Below are positions 62,996 through 64,000 of a stretch of DNA of 64,000 nt, one piece after another; positions within the stretch are counted from its first letter, which is position 1, and each line of letters opens with the position of its first letter. The notes under the pieces were generated by a model, which worked only from the letters and a program-made list of their open reading frames with translations, was not told the DNA's origin and did not search any database. Origin of the DNA: an uncultured Thermoprotei archaeon (lineage in GTDB: Archaea > Thermoproteota > Thermoprotei > Thermofilales > B15-G2). The translations under genes were made by a program, and so were the position numbers. The stretch spans positions 54,201-118,200 of the forward strand of contig CBDUKN010000006.1 of NCBI GenBank assembly GCA_965367815.1. The letters are read 5' to 3'.

Positions 62996-62998
62996 ATT

Positions 62999-63574
62999 GT
63001 GCTTAAAATGAGTAGTGTAAGTGTTAAGGCTAGAAAAGCTCTAACCTTAGCAAAACTATTAGCTCATATGGCTGGAGGACTCTCACAGAATAAGCTATTG
63101 CAGAAAGCTGATGTGAGACGCGCTACAGGATATGAGTTACTCCATTTTCTTCAGTCGTATAATGTAATAAGATTACGCAAAATTCCTGACCGACGGGGAT
63201 TTAGGCTAGAGCCAGTCCCCCTTTACTATCAAGGTCTAGGAAAGATTATGCTAAAATTCCTTACTGAATGGGATCTTCTCCTTAAGGACTTAGGCTCCAA
63301 GAAGATAAAGCTAAGGTATCTCCCACTATTATTAGCAGCTATGATGGAGATAACCTTGACAGCATATAATCAGGAGTTAACCTTAAGTCTTGAAGAAGCG
63401 GAAAGTATCGCTATGAATTCTCTAGCCCCTGCAGTATCTGCTCTTAACAAGCTACTAGAGGCTGAGGAGATAGCACGAGTGAGGATGAGATATGAAGAGG
63501 CTCCAGAGCAAGTAAGGAAGCTTATTGACGAACTCTATGCTAAGCTCAGCAAAGTATCTAGAGAAGAATCTTGA
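62999..63574 (+). CDS. wHTH DNA-binding protein, paralog of 61204-61620
   Basis: GGLSQNKLLQKADVRRATGYELLHFL..VIRL (HTH plus wing), PLYY, LKDLGSKKIKLRYLPLLLA. Confidence 0.75.
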   Translation: MLKMSSVSVKARKALTLAKLLAHMAGGLSQNKLLQKADVRRATGYELLHFLQSYNVIRLRKIPDRRGFRLEPVPLYYQGLGKIMLKFLTEWDLLLKDLGSKKIKLRYLPLLLAAMMEITLTAYNQELTLSLEEAESIAMNSLAPAVSALNKLLEAEEIARVRMRYEEAPEQVRKLIDELYAKLSKVSREES

Positions 63575-63796
63575 CCATCTTCCGATAATACCATATCCCT
63601 GCATGGAAGAGCTCTGAAGTCTCACCCACAACCCCTCATCATTTTCTTTAGCCTTTTTCAAGCACATTAGCTCGAGGATTACCGTCTTCTTAAGAACATC
63701 AATAGTAGTTCTTACTAGTGCGTTAAGTTTCAGGACTTATTTTAAATAAATTACCTCTATGTGTTATTCTTTTATAAGTGTGATAGTTTTTCCCTT

Positions 63797-64000
63797 ATGC
63801 AGGTTAGTATTGAACATATCATGTGGATAATAGCGGGATTAGCAATAGCAGGTCTCGTAATAACTTCGCTCTTCAGCTGGATACCCAAACTAATATACAC
63901 AAAGGACTTCTCAGTGTATGACATGCACGCATACTACGATGGCTCTAAGGTGCACATTTTCGCTACAATAAAGAATACTGGTAATATTCCAATTAAGCAG
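63797..64000 (+). CDS. Archaeal type IV pilin-like protein (partial, not in ORF track)
   Basis: MQVSIEHIMWIIAGLAIAGLVITSLFSW...ATIKNTGNIPIKQ: QxSxE, hydrophobic helix, KNTG motif; TTTATAA about 25 bp upstream. Confidence 0.75.
   Translation, partial: MQVSIEHIMWIIAGLAIAGLVITSLFSWIPKLIYTKDFSVYDMHAYYDGSKVHIFATIKNTGNIPIKQ

Larger units (their letters stand above)
55270..64000. mobile_element. Putative horizontally acquired or integrated element (right end outside window)
   Basis: Visible composition shift, strongest at 55.3-59.0 kb; ORFans, pilin-like genes, PIP-box protein, paralogous wHTH genes; no integrase seen. Confidence 0.5.

Noticed and set aside
63455-63667. 70-aa minus-strand ORF, and an ATGATGA box C-like motif near 63640
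   Set aside because: It overlaps the wHTH gene, has no motif, and has no properly spaced D boxes.

Overview
AT-rich archaeal chromosomal segment, most likely a (hyper)thermophilic Thermoproteota; this is inferred from the GGR, Cdc48, paREP-like, MNT-HEPN and VapBC genes and four box C/D guide RNAs. Most of the window is metabolic and transport genes mixed with many decayed genes (frameshifts, in-frame stops, internal deletions). Two regions stand out. (1) 9.0-18.4 kb is an intact, divergently arranged cluster: a Cdc48 AAA+ ATPase, a free-standing I9-like protease inhibitor, a signal-peptide-less subtilisin with a membrane helix and SHOCT-like tail, two paralogous coiled-coil proteins, an FHA protein, and two more proteins with SHOCT-like tails (one with Ig-like and nuclease-fold-like domains). 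I do not recognise this as a described system. (2) From about 55.3 kb to the window end is a compositionally distinct, probably mobile region: a 1066-aa membrane protein, three leaderless pilin-like genes, and an unknown protein with a perfect C-terminal PCNA-binding PIP box. That gene is flanked by two paralogous wHTH-like genes and a tandem palindromic repeat. No rRNA, tRNA, CRISPR array, integrase or transposase was seen. All assignments come from motif recognition by eye; no searches were run.
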